From NCBI GenBank assembly GCA_025358555.1, contig JANYJD010000036.1, positions 1 to 60,056 on the forward strand: 60,056 nt of DNA, written 5' to 3'. The translations under genes and the position numbers were made by a program. The DNA comes from Rhodoferax sp. Its GTDB lineage: Bacteria > Pseudomonadota > Gammaproteobacteria > Burkholderiales > Burkholderiaceae_C. The notes under the pieces are model-generated. The model did no database searches. It was not told the DNA's origin and saw only the letters and a program-made list of their open reading frames with translations. Shown one piece after another: positions 24,009 through 32,673 of the stretch; position 1 is the stretch's first letter, and each line of letters starts with the position of its first letter.

Positions 24009-24194
24009 TCAATAGGTCAGCGCGTCATACGCCACACCCAGCCGCTGCGCTGCGTCAACCAGCCGCCGATCGCGGCTCCAAAGCTGCGTGCCAGGATTCA
24101 AATGCACAGAGGCCAGCGAGTGGTTGTCCACGTAACCGATCCCGCAGCCAAAGAGCTGCATCGCTTTGGACTTGCCCCGTTTGCACGGACCCAT
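24009..24194 (-). pseudogene. C-terminal fragment of a PIN-domain (VapC-type) toxin
   Basis: GCGIGYVDNHSLASVHLNPGTQLWSRDRRLVDAAQRLGV matches my memory of the C-terminal half of VapC toxins (GiGyvD.hLLas....a.LwTrDkrL..aA.rLgv). An in-frame TGA lies immediately upstream of the ORF, no N-terminal half is present and there is no antitoxin ORF. Confidence 0.45.
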
Positions 24195-24404
24195 TCAGGC
24201 TTCTTGGGCTTGGCTGCGTGGGTGGCCTGAACCCTGGTTGATTATGGACGGTGCAGGCTTAAGCCACGGCGCTTGCCTGTGGACAAGGCGACGGGCTCTC
24301 ACTCAAGCCCTGAAGCGTCTTGTCCACAGGTGCGAAGCCCGCGGTGGGTAAGCCGTGTTCGAAAGCTATAATTACAATAGCTATGAATACAATGTAGACA
24401 AGGG

Positions 24405-25142
24405 CTACAGCCCGTTTTTCTTCTCAAAAACGGCAGACCGCAGTGCCTCAAGGCTCAGCACCCGCAAACCGCCGTATTCCACGCGGATGATGCTGCGCGC
24501 CTGCAATGTGGTGAGCGCCTCATTGACCCGCTGGCGCGACAGGCCCACCAGATACGCCAATTCCTGCTGGGTGATGCGCAGCACCTCGCCCTCGCCGGGG
24601 TGGAGCACGGGGTACAGCACCGGGTTGAACAGGGCCGCCAGGCTACGGGCCACGCGCGCGTCGGGGCTGGTCATGCGGTCAATTTCGCGCAGTGCGATGA
24701 ACTGCCCCAAGCGCTCGTTGAGGTGGTTCATGACAAACCGGTTGAACGCAATCGAATGGTCCAGCAGCCAGTGGAAGGTGTCTACATGCAGCCCGGCCAC
24801 CCGGCTTTTGCGCAGCGCCTGAATGTTGTATCGGTAGGCCTCGCGCTTCAGGGCGGTGCCCTCGCCAAACCAGCCGCCGGGCGGCACGCCGGTGTAGGTC
24901 ATGGTTTTGCCGTTGGCATCGCTGGTGCTCATCTTGAGCAGCCCGTCCACCACGCCAATCCAGTAGGTCACAGGCCGCCCGACGCGGCACACGTATTCGC
25001 CGGGGCGCGCCTCGGAGATTTTCAGATCGCTTGCGGCACGCTCATGCTCCGAAGGCGACAGCAGGTGCATCCACGGGATGGCGTCCAGCTCCGGCGGCGT
25101 GAGGGCTCGGCGGCGCAGCAGAAGCGGGGTGTCTTCGCTCAT
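24405..25142 (-). CDS. Crp/Fnr-family transcriptional regulator
   Basis: A cyclic-nucleotide-binding-like beta-barrel (GEYVCRVGRPVTYWIGVVDGLLKMS) and a C-terminal helix-turn-helix (ITQQELAYLVGLSRQRVNEALTTLQ). Confidence 0.85.
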   Translation of the reverse strand: MSEDTPLLLRRRALTPPELDAIPWMHLLSPSEHERAASDLKISEARPGEYVCRVGRPVTYWIGVVDGLLKMSTSDANGKTMTYTGVPPGGWFGEGTALKREAYRYNIQALRKSRVAGLHVDTFHWLLDHSIAFNRFVMNHLNERLGQFIALREIDRMTSPDARVARSLAALFNPVLYPVLHPGEGEVLRITQQELAYLVGLSRQRVNEALTTLQARSIIRVEYGGLRVLSLEALRSAVFEKKNGL

Positions 25143-25225
25143 GTTTTGGTGGGTGGGGTGATTTGCAAGGTGTGCAGTAAGTTGCCAATAAGTGAAGGGA
25201 AAACACCTACCGCTAAAGCTCTTAA

Positions 25226-25243
25226 TTGTCGTTGAAACGACAA
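25226..25243. promoter_or_regulatory. candidate Crp/Fnr-type operator (TGTCG-N6-CGACA)
   Basis: TTGTCGTT-GA-AACGACAA: a perfect 8+2+8 inverted repeat in the middle of the 188-bp divergent region between the Crp/Fnr gene and the CoA-ligase/ABC operon. Confidence 0.45.
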
Positions 25244-25330
25244 CACGACGTCAAACTATTGCTTACCATTCGGCTCCAACACACAACGACTTGGCATACG
25301 TTCAAGTCGCTTCACCCACAAGGTCATTGG

Positions 25331-27289
25331 ATGCAAAGCACGTTCCCCGCCCTTCTTTTGAGCCACGCAGCGGCACGCCCCACGGCGCCTGCGATGCGTG
25401 AGAAAGAGTACGGCATCTGGCAGGCGCTGTCGTGGTCAGATTTGGCCACGATGGTTGAGCAGCTTGCGTGCGGCCTGCACCAGGCCGGGTTGCGCCGGGG
25501 TGATCACATGGTGGTTGTCGGTGCCAACCGCCCGCGCCTGTACGCCACCATGCTCGCGGTGCAGTCACTGGGGGCCGTTCCCATTGCGCTGTACCAGGAC
25601 GCGGCGGCTGCGGAATGTGTTTTCCCCATCAACAATGCCGAGGTGCGTTTTGCCTTTGCGGAAGACCAGGAGCAGGTGGACAAGCTGCTGGAAATTCGCG
25701 CGCAGTGCCCTCAGCTGGCGCACATTTATTTTGATGATCCGCGTGGTTTGCGCAAGTACGCCAATGACCACGAGGGGGCCGTTCTTTCGTCTGTGGAAGC
25801 CCTGCTTGCCGCTGGCAAGGCGTTTGCATCGGGCAACCGTGATTTCTTCAAGACGGCCGCAGCCCAGGTCAAACCCGGCGACGTGGCCGCGATGTTTTTT
25901 ACCTCGGGCACCACCGGCAACCCAAAGGGCGTGGTGCATACCCACAACTCGCTGCTGGACCGTGCCCGCGCGGGTGCCGAATTTGACAAGCTGACCGACG
26001 CCGAAGAAGTGTTGGCCTACATGCCGCCGGCCTGGATTGGCCAAAACATCTTCAGCTATGCGCAGTGGCTGGTCTGCGGCTACGTGGTGAATTGCCCGGA
26101 GTCGGCCAGCACCATCACCATCGATCTGAAAGAAGTCGGCCCGACCTATTACTTTGCGCCGCCGCGCGTGTTTGAAGGCCTGCTGACCAGCGTGATGATC
26201 CGCATGGAAGACGCCGGGTACCTCAAGCGCAAGATGTTCAGCGCGTTCATGGATGTCGCCAAACGCGTCGGCCCGGCCCGCATGGACGGCAAGCCGGTCT
26301 CCTTCATCGACAGCGTCAAGTACTGGTTTGGCAACGCCATGGTTTACGGCCCGCTGCGCAACAACCTGGGCTTTAGCCGGGTCCGCGTGGCCTACACGGC
26401 GGGCGAGGCCATTGGGCCAGACCTGTTCACTTTCTACCGCTCCATTGGCATCAACCTCAAACAGCTATATGGCTCCACCGAGACCGCCGTTTTTGTCTGC
26501 CTGCAGCCCGATAACGCGGCCAAAGCAGACACCGTGGGCATCCCGATTGCGGGCGTGGAAATCAAGGTGGCCGCCAATGGCGAGATCATGGTCAAGTCGC
26601 CAGGGCTGCTCAAGGAATATTACAAAAACCCGGCCGCCACGGCCGAGGTGTTGACCGCAGACGGCTGGTACCACACCAGCGACGCGGGTTTTCTGGACGC
26701 ACAGGGCCATCTCAAAATCATCGACCGCGTCAAAGACGTGGGCCGCATCAAGGGCGGGGCCAACGACGGCGCGATGTTTGCACCCAAGTATGTCGAGAAC
26801 AAGCTCAAGTTTTTCCCTCACATCAAAGAGGTGGTGGCCTATGGCGACGGGCGCGAAAAAGTCTGCGTGATGATCAACATTGACTTTGATGCCGTGGGCA
26901 ATTGGGCCGAGCGGCGCAACCTGTCTTACGCGGGCTACACCGACCTGGCGCAAAAGCCCGAGGTCTACCAGCTCATCAAGGAGTGCGTTGAAAAAGTCAA
27001 CGTTGACTTGAGCGTGGATACGCTGCTGGCGGGCAGCCAGATCAGCCGCTTTCTGGTGCTGCACAAGGAGCTGGATGCCGATGACGGCGAGCTCACCCGC
27101 ACCAACAAGGTCCGCCGGGGCTTCATTGCCGACAAGTACCAGCCGCTGGTGGATGCCCTGTACGGCGGCAAGACCTTGCAGTTCATCGAGACCGTGGTCA
27201 AGTTTGAAGATGGCCGCAGCGGCAGCGTCAGTGCCACGCTGCGCATTGACGATGCCAAAACCTTTGCGCCCGTGAAGGCGGCAGCATGA
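25331..27289 (+). CDS. AMP-dependent acyl-CoA synthetase/ligase (long-chain-fatty-acid-CoA-ligase-like)
   Basis: AMP-binding signature FFTSGTTGNPKGVVHTH and WYHTSDAGFLDAQGHLKIIDRVKD. The start was set to the ATG at 25331 (MQSTFPALLLSH). Its stop overlaps the next start (ATGA at 27286). Confidence 0.85.
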   Translation: MQSTFPALLLSHAAARPTAPAMREKEYGIWQALSWSDLATMVEQLACGLHQAGLRRGDHMVVVGANRPRLYATMLAVQSLGAVPIALYQDAAAAECVFPINNAEVRFAFAEDQEQVDKLLEIRAQCPQLAHIYFDDPRGLRKYANDHEGAVLSSVEALLAAGKAFASGNRDFFKTAAAQVKPGDVAAMFFTSGTTGNPKGVVHTHNSLLDRARAGAEFDKLTDAEEVLAYMPPAWIGQNIFSYAQWLVCGYVVNCPESASTITIDLKEVGPTYYFAPPRVFEGLLTSVMIRMEDAGYLKRKMFSAFMDVAKRVGPARMDGKPVSFIDSVKYWFGNAMVYGPLRNNLGFSRVRVAYTAGEAIGPDLFTFYRSIGINLKQLYGSTETAVFVCLQPDNAAKADTVGIPIAGVEIKVAANGEIMVKSPGLLKEYYKNPAATAEVLTADGWYHTSDAGFLDAQGHLKIIDRVKDVGRIKGGANDGAMFAPKYVENKLKFFPHIKEVVAYGDGREKVCVMINIDFDAVGNWAERRNLSYAGYTDLAQKPEVYQLIKECVEKVNVDLSVDTLLAGSQISRFLVLHKELDADDGELTRTNKVRRGFIADKYQPLVDALYGGKTLQFIETVVKFEDGRSGSVSATLRIDDAKTFAPVKAAA

Positions 27290-28122
27290 GCGCGCCAGGC
27301 AACACGCTGGCAACGCAATTTGCCGACGGGCCGCGCCTGGGGGCCAAACAAATTGGCGATGTCATCCTGGACGTCAACAATATTTCGTTGAGTTTTGGCG
27401 GCGTCAAGGCGCTGCAAGATATTTCGTTCAACGTCAAAGAGCACGAGATACGCGCCATCATCGGCCCCAACGGCGCCGGCAAAAGCTCGATGCTGAACTG
27501 CATCAACGGCGTGTACCAACCGCAGCAGGGCTCGATCACTTTTCGCGGCCAGACCTTCAAGCACATGAACAGCCACCAAGTGGCAGTGATGGGCGTGGCG
27601 CGCACATTCCAAAACCTCGCGCTCTTCAAGGGCATGAGCGTGCTGGACAACATCATGTCGGGCCGCAACCTGAAAATCAAAAGCAATATCTTGCTGCAGG
27701 CGCTGCGCATCGGCCCGGCTGAAAAAGAAGAAATCATCCACCGCGAAGCCGTTGAGAAAATCATCGACTTTCTGGAAATTCAGGCCTACCGCAAAACGCC
27801 CGTGGGCCAGTTGCCTTACGGCCTGCAAAAGCGGGTGGACCTGGGGCGCGCCCTGGCAATGGGCCCGCAGGTGCTGCTGCTGGACGAGCCCATGGCCGGC
27901 ATGAACGTGGAAGAAAAGCAGGACATGTGCCGCTTTGTGCTGGACGTGAATGACGAGTTTGGCACGACGGTGGTGCTTATTGAGCACGACATGGGCGTGG
28001 TGATGGACATCTCTGACCGCGTGGTGGTGCTCGACTATGGCAAAAAAATCGGCGACGGCACCCCAGACGAAGTACGCAACAACAAGGACGTGATCAGTGC
28101 CTACCTTGGCACGTCTCATTAG
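27286..28122 (+). CDS. ABC transporter ATP-binding protein (LivG-like)
   Basis: Walker A GPNGAGKSS, signature LPYGLQKRVDLGRAL, Walker B LLLDEPMAG. Confidence 0.9.
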   Translation: MSAPGNTLATQFADGPRLGAKQIGDVILDVNNISLSFGGVKALQDISFNVKEHEIRAIIGPNGAGKSSMLNCINGVYQPQQGSITFRGQTFKHMNSHQVAVMGVARTFQNLALFKGMSVLDNIMSGRNLKIKSNILLQALRIGPAEKEEIIHREAVEKIIDFLEIQAYRKTPVGQLPYGLQKRVDLGRALAMGPQVLLLDEPMAGMNVEEKQDMCRFVLDVNDEFGTTVVLIEHDMGVVMDISDRVVVLDYGKKIGDGTPDEVRNNKDVISAYLGTSH

Positions 28123-28130
28123 GGTAAATC

Positions 28131-29060
28131 ATGGGTCCTGTACTTGAAACAATCATCAGCGGATTAATGTCCGGCATGCTGTATTCCCTGGTCGCGCTGG
28201 GGTTTGTGCTGATCTACAAGGCATCGGGCGTGTTCAACTTTGCGCAGGGTGCGATGGTGCTGTTTGCCGCGCTTGCCATGGCGCGCTTTTCCGAGTGGCT
28301 GCCCGGCTGGACGGGGCTGGAGTCAAAATGGCTGGTCAACCTGATCGCGTTTGCAATTGCGCTGGTCTTCATGGTGGCGGTCGCTTGGTTGATTGAAAGG
28401 TTCGTGCTCGGCAAGCTCGTCAACCAGGAAGGTGTGGCGCTGCTGATGGCCACGTTGGGCATCTCTTACTTCCTCGACGGGCTGGGTCAAACTATTTTTG
28501 GTTCCAGCATTTACAAGATCGACGTAGGCATGCCCAAAGACCCGATGTTTTTGTTTGAAAGCGTGTTCCCTGGAGGGGTGCTGGTCAACAAGGAAGACCT
28601 GGTTGCAGCGGTGATTGCTTCCGCACTGGTGGCCAGCCTGGCAGCGTTTTTCCAGTTCACCAAAACGGGCCGTGCTTTGCGGGCAGTGGCTGACGACCAC
28701 CAGGCTGCGCAGTCGATTGGCATTCCATTGAACCGTATCTGGGTGATTGTGTGGTCTGTCGCAGGCTTTGTGGCGCTGGTGGCAGGTGTGATCTGGGGTA
28801 GCAAACTGGGCGTGCAGTTTTCACTGTCAGTGCTGGCACTCAAAGCCTTGCCGCTGGTGATTTTGGGCGGCCTGACTTCGGTGCCTGGAGCCATTGTGGG
28901 CGGGCTTATTCTGGGCGTCGGCGAAAAGCTGGCCGAAGTCTTCATCGGACCATTTGTGGGTGGCGGGATCGAAATTTGGTTTGCATATGTGTTGGCATTA
29001 GGTTTCTTGCTGTTCAGGCCGCAGGGTCTGTTCGGCGAGAAGATCATTGACCGCGTCTGA
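28131..29060 (+). CDS. branched-chain-type ABC permease (LivH-like)
   Basis: 309-aa polytopic membrane protein with FNFAQGAMVLFAA and a LivH-like C-terminus (RPQGLFGEK). Confidence 0.88.
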   Translation: MGPVLETIISGLMSGMLYSLVALGFVLIYKASGVFNFAQGAMVLFAALAMARFSEWLPGWTGLESKWLVNLIAFAIALVFMVAVAWLIERFVLGKLVNQEGVALLMATLGISYFLDGLGQTIFGSSIYKIDVGMPKDPMFLFESVFPGGVLVNKEDLVAAVIASALVASLAAFFQFTKTGRALRAVADDHQAAQSIGIPLNRIWVIVWSVAGFVALVAGVIWGSKLGVQFSLSVLALKALPLVILGGLTSVPGAIVGGLILGVGEKLAEVFIGPFVGGGIEIWFAYVLALGFLLFRPQGLFGEKIIDRV

Positions 29061-29079
29061 ACATGATCCCCACGTTTTT

Positions 29080-29166
29080 CACTTCGTGCAATGCACTGCC
29101 CCCCGAGGGGGCCGCTGCGCCTGCGGTCTGGCAAAGCCAGTCCCGCGGCTCCTGCGTGAAGGGTGC
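29080..29166. repeat. REP-like intergenic element
   Basis: It fills an unusually long 154-bp gap between the two permease genes. Sequence: CACTTCGTG...CTGCCCCCCGAGGGGG...GCGGTCTGGC...TGCGTGAAGGGTG, with imperfect terminal inverted repeats. It shares blocks with 22295-22390 and 31745-31814. Confidence 0.55.
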
Positions 29167-29214
29167 GAGTTGTCATTGCGTCGCCCATCCGCTTATTTCA
29201 AAAGTTAGCCCGCA

Positions 29215-30291
29215 ATGATCTACAGAGAAAACGGTCAATTCAAAACCAGCTATCGGTCTGACAGCCAGATTTTCCCGATCCTGCAGGACCGGATTGCAGT
29301 GGGCCTGTTTTTGATTTTTGCTTTTGCCGTGGTGCCGCTGCTGGCCAGCGACTACCTGTTTCGCGCGATTTTGATTCCGTTTTTGATCATTTCGCTGGCG
29401 GCGCTGGGTGTGAATATTCTGGTCGGGTACTGCGGGCAAATTTCGCTGGGATCAGGCGCTTTCATGGCTGTGGGTGCCTATGGCGCTTACAACTTTTTTG
29501 TGCGCATACCGGGCATGCCCCTGATACCCACTATCATTCTGGGCGGCTTTTGCGCGATGCTGTTTGGCATTTTGTTTGGCCTGCCGAGCTTGCGGGTCAA
29601 AGGCCTGTATCTGGCCGTCACCACGCTGGCGGCGCAGTTCTTTGCTGACTGGATGTTTCTGCGAATCAAATGGTTTACCAACGACTCGCCTTCGGGCTCG
29701 GTGTCGGTGTCAAACCTGCAAGTGTTTGGCATGCCCATTGAAAGTTCCACCAGCAAATACATTTTTTGCCTGGCAATTCTGGTTGTTGTTGCCGTGCTGG
29801 CCAAAAACCTGGTGCGCGGCGCAATCGGCCGCGAGTGGATGGCAATCCGTGACATGGATGTGGCCGCAGCCGTCATTGGCATTCGGCCCATGTACGCCAA
29901 GCTCAGCGCTTTTGCGGTCAGCTCATTCATCATCGGCATGTCGGGCGCGCTATGGGGTTTTGTGTATTTGGGCGCGTGGGAGCCTGCTGCGTTTTCAGTG
30001 GACCAGTCGTTCCGGTTGCTGTTCATGGTCATCATTGGCGGCATGGGGTCGATCCTGGGCGGCTTCCTGGGCGCGGCCTTCATCACCCTGTTGCCGATTG
30101 GGCTCAATATGTTTTTGCCAGTGCTCGCGGGCCTGGTCGGATTGAAGATTTCAACAGCAGGCGTCTCGCATGCCGAGCTGATGATTTTTGGCGCGTTGAT
30201 CGTCTGGTTTTTGATTGTGGAGCCGCATGGCCTGGCCAAGCTCTGGGCTGTGGGCAAACAGAAGCTGCGCTTGTGGCCTTTTCCGCATTAG
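29215..30291 (+). CDS. branched-chain-type ABC permease (LivM-like)
   Basis: 358-aa polytopic membrane protein with VGYCGQISLGSGAFMAVGAY and LRVKGLYLAVTTLA. Confidence 0.88.
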   Translation: MIYRENGQFKTSYRSDSQIFPILQDRIAVGLFLIFAFAVVPLLASDYLFRAILIPFLIISLAALGVNILVGYCGQISLGSGAFMAVGAYGAYNFFVRIPGMPLIPTIILGGFCAMLFGILFGLPSLRVKGLYLAVTTLAAQFFADWMFLRIKWFTNDSPSGSVSVSNLQVFGMPIESSTSKYIFCLAILVVVAVLAKNLVRGAIGREWMAIRDMDVAAAVIGIRPMYAKLSAFAVSSFIIGMSGALWGFVYLGAWEPAAFSVDQSFRLLFMVIIGGMGSILGGFLGAAFITLLPIGLNMFLPVLAGLVGLKISTAGVSHAELMIFGALIVWFLIVEPHGLAKLWAVGKQKLRLWPFPH

Positions 30292-30388
30292 CCCTATCAG
30301 CAGGAAATTCGCATCGATGTTTTGCAGGTGTTGTCGTTTAAATGAGTTTTTTTCTGGCGTTTAGTTTTCTTAATTCTTGGAGATGAGC

Positions 30389-31723
30389 ATGAAAGTCCGT
30401 ATTGTGATTCTGGCGATTGCCGCCATGGCTGCAGGCGCATCGTCGCTTGTGGCAACGACCGCTCAAGCGCAAGCCAAAGAGCAGTTCATCCCGGTGCTGT
30501 CGTACCGCACGGGGGCTTACGCACCTAATGGTGTGCCATGGGCCAACGGCTATGTGGACTACATCAAGCTGGTCAATGCGCGGGGTGGTATCAACGGCGT
30601 AAAGCTGTCATTTGAAGAATGCGAAACGGGCTACGACACGGCCCGCAGCGTGGAATGCTATGAGCGCCTTAAAGGCAAAAACGGCGGTGCCAGTTTTGTG
30701 CAGCCCCTGTCAACCGGCGCCACCTTTGCCATCACTGAAAAAGCGCCCGCTGACAAGGTGTCTGTCGTCACCGTGGGCTATGGCCGCAGCGAAAGCGCCG
30801 ATGGCTCCATCTTCAAGTGGAACTTCCCGATTGCGGGCACCTACTGGGTGGCGGCTGACACCATTTTGCAAGCCATCGCCAAGAAAGAAGGCGGCTTTGA
30901 CAAGCTCAAAGGCAAAAAAATCGCGCTGGTTTACCACGATTCACCGTTTGGCAAAGAGCCCATTCCCCTGATGCAGGAGCGAAGCAGAATGCACGGCTTT
31001 GAGCTGCAACTGCTGCCTGTGACCGCTCCTGGCGTGGAGCAAAAAGCCACATGGCTGCAAGTGCGCCAGTCCAAGCCAGACTTCGTGGTGCTGTGGGGCT
31101 GGGGCATCATGAACACAACCTCCATCAAAGAAGCGCAGGCCACTGGCTACCCTCGCGAGAAAATGTACGGCGTGTGGTGGGCCGGTGCTGAACCTGATGT
31201 GAAAGACGTGGCCGAAGGAGCCAAAGGCTACAACGCGGTGACGATGCAGCACGGCGCAGAGCCGCAGTCCAAGCTGGTCAAAGACGTCATGGCCATGGTG
31301 CATGACAAAGGCCAGGGCACCGGCCCGAAAGACGAACTCGGCCAGGTGCTGTATATGCGTGGCGCCATGAGTGCCATGCTGGGCATCGAAGGTATTCGCT
31401 CGGCGCAAGAGCGTTTCGGCAAAGGCAAGGTTATGACGGGTGAGCAAGTGCGCTGGGGCCTGGAAAACCTGAACCTGACGCAAGCCAAGCTGGACGCGCT
31501 GGGCTTTGCAGGCGTGATGCGCCCGATCAGCACATCGTGCACCGACCACATGGGTGCCGCCTGGGCGCGCATCCACACCTGGGATGGCAAGGCGTGGAAG
31601 TTCACTTCTGACTGGCTGCAGGCCGATGAGCAGATCATCAAGCCTATGGTGAAAGCCACCGCCGCCAAATACGCTGCCGACAAAAAATTGACAGCGCGCA
31701 CGCCTGAAGATTGCCAGAGTTAG
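30389..31723 (+). CDS. ABC transporter periplasmic substrate-binding protein (type I PBP, Liv-like, long form)
   Basis: Signal peptide MKVRIVILAIAAMAAGASSLVATTAQA. The start was set to the ATG at 30389, after GGAG. It is embedded in the Liv-type operon. Confidence 0.82.
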   Translation: MKVRIVILAIAAMAAGASSLVATTAQAQAKEQFIPVLSYRTGAYAPNGVPWANGYVDYIKLVNARGGINGVKLSFEECETGYDTARSVECYERLKGKNGGASFVQPLSTGATFAITEKAPADKVSVVTVGYGRSESADGSIFKWNFPIAGTYWVAADTILQAIAKKEGGFDKLKGKKIALVYHDSPFGKEPIPLMQERSRMHGFELQLLPVTAPGVEQKATWLQVRQSKPDFVVLWGWGIMNTTSIKEAQATGYPREKMYGVWWAGAEPDVKDVAEGAKGYNAVTMQHGAEPQSKLVKDVMAMVHDKGQGTGPKDELGQVLYMRGAMSAMLGIEGIRSAQERFGKGKVMTGEQVRWGLENLNLTQAKLDALGFAGVMRPISTSCTDHMGAAWARIHTWDGKAWKFTSDWLQADEQIIKPMVKATAAKYAADKKLTARTPEDCQS

Positions 31724-31744
31724 GCACACCGCCATGGGCGGCGC

Positions 31745-31814
31745 GCACTTCGTGTCGCTTGCCCTCCCCCTTGCAGGGGTAACGCCAGTGGCCCGGCAGA
31801 GCCGGTCTGCGGCG
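31745..31814. repeat. REP-like intergenic element (divergent copy)
   Basis: CACTTCGTGTCGCTTGCCCTCCCCCTTGCAGGGG...GCCGGTCTGCGGCG. It shares CACTTCGTG with the 29080 copy and TGTCGCTT with the glpK copy, and contains the hairpin CCCCT-TGC-AGGGG. Confidence 0.4.
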
Positions 31815-31839
31815 TTCTTGAATAAGACAGCGAAAAGTA

Positions 31840-32673
31840 ATGTGGTCAAAGATTGAAGCCATGACGCAACCCCCTTCCATCGTCCTCAACGTCAATGGCA
31901 TTGAAGTCATTTACAACCATGTCATTCTGGTTTTGAAAGGCGTGTCGCTGTCCGTGCCTGACGGCAAAATTGTGGCCATTCTGGGCGGCAACGGCGCTGG
32001 TAAAACTACCACATTGCGCGCCGTGTCAAACCTGCTCAAAGGCGAGCGCGGTGAAGTGACTAAGGGCTCGATTGAACTGCGCGGGGAGCGGATTGAAAAC
32101 CTCTCGCCATCAGACTTGGTGCAGCGCGGCGTGGTGCAGGTGATGGAAGGACGGCACTGCTTTGCGCACCTGACGATTGAAGAAAACCTGTTGACAGGCG
32201 GCTACACGCTCAAGTCCAAAGCGGACGTCGCAAGAAATCTGGAGAAGGTCTACGCCTACTTCCCGCGGTTGAAAACCCGCCGCACCTCGCAGGCGGCCTA
32301 CACCTCAGGTGGCGAGCAGCAAATGTGTGCCATTGGCCGGGCCCTGATGGCCAGCCCCACGATGGTGCTGCTGGATGAGCCTTCCATGGGCTTGGCGCCA
32401 CAGATTGTGGAGGAGGTGTTTGAGATCGTCAAAGACCTGAACCAGAAAGAAAAAGTCACCTTCCTGTTGGCAGAGCAGAACACCAATATGGCCCTGAAGT
32501 ACGCCGACTACGGCTACATCATGGAATCCGGCCGCATTGTAATGGACGGGGTTGCGTCTGACCTGGCCAACAACGAAGACGTGAAAGAGTTTTACCTCGG
32601 CGTCGGCGGTGGCGAGCGCAAGTCGTTCAAAGACGGAAAAAGTTACAAACGGCGCAAGAGGTGGTTGGCATGA
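31840..32673 (+). CDS. ABC transporter ATP-binding protein (LivF-like)
   Basis: Walker A GGNGAGKTT, signature TSGGEQQMCAIGRAL, Walker B LLDEPSMG. The start is uncertain (31840 or 31861). Confidence 0.88.
   Translation: MWSKIEAMTQPPSIVLNVNGIEVIYNHVILVLKGVSLSVPDGKIVAILGGNGAGKTTTLRAVSNLLKGERGEVTKGSIELRGERIENLSPSDLVQRGVVQVMEGRHCFAHLTIEENLLTGGYTLKSKADVARNLEKVYAYFPRLKTRRTSQAAYTSGGEQQMCAIGRALMASPTMVLLDEPSMGLAPQIVEEVFEIVKDLNQKEKVTFLLAEQNTNMALKYADYGYIMESGRIVMDGVASDLANNEDVKEFYLGVGGGERKSFKDGKSYKRRKRWLA

Noticed and set aside
23989-24363. 9-bp direct repeat GTGTTCGAA (23989-23997 and 24355-24363) flanking the VapC remnant, a possible target-site duplication
   Set aside because: A 9-mer repeated within a few hundred bp is close to chance expectation by rough estimate. 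No terminal inverted repeats or mobility gene accompany it.
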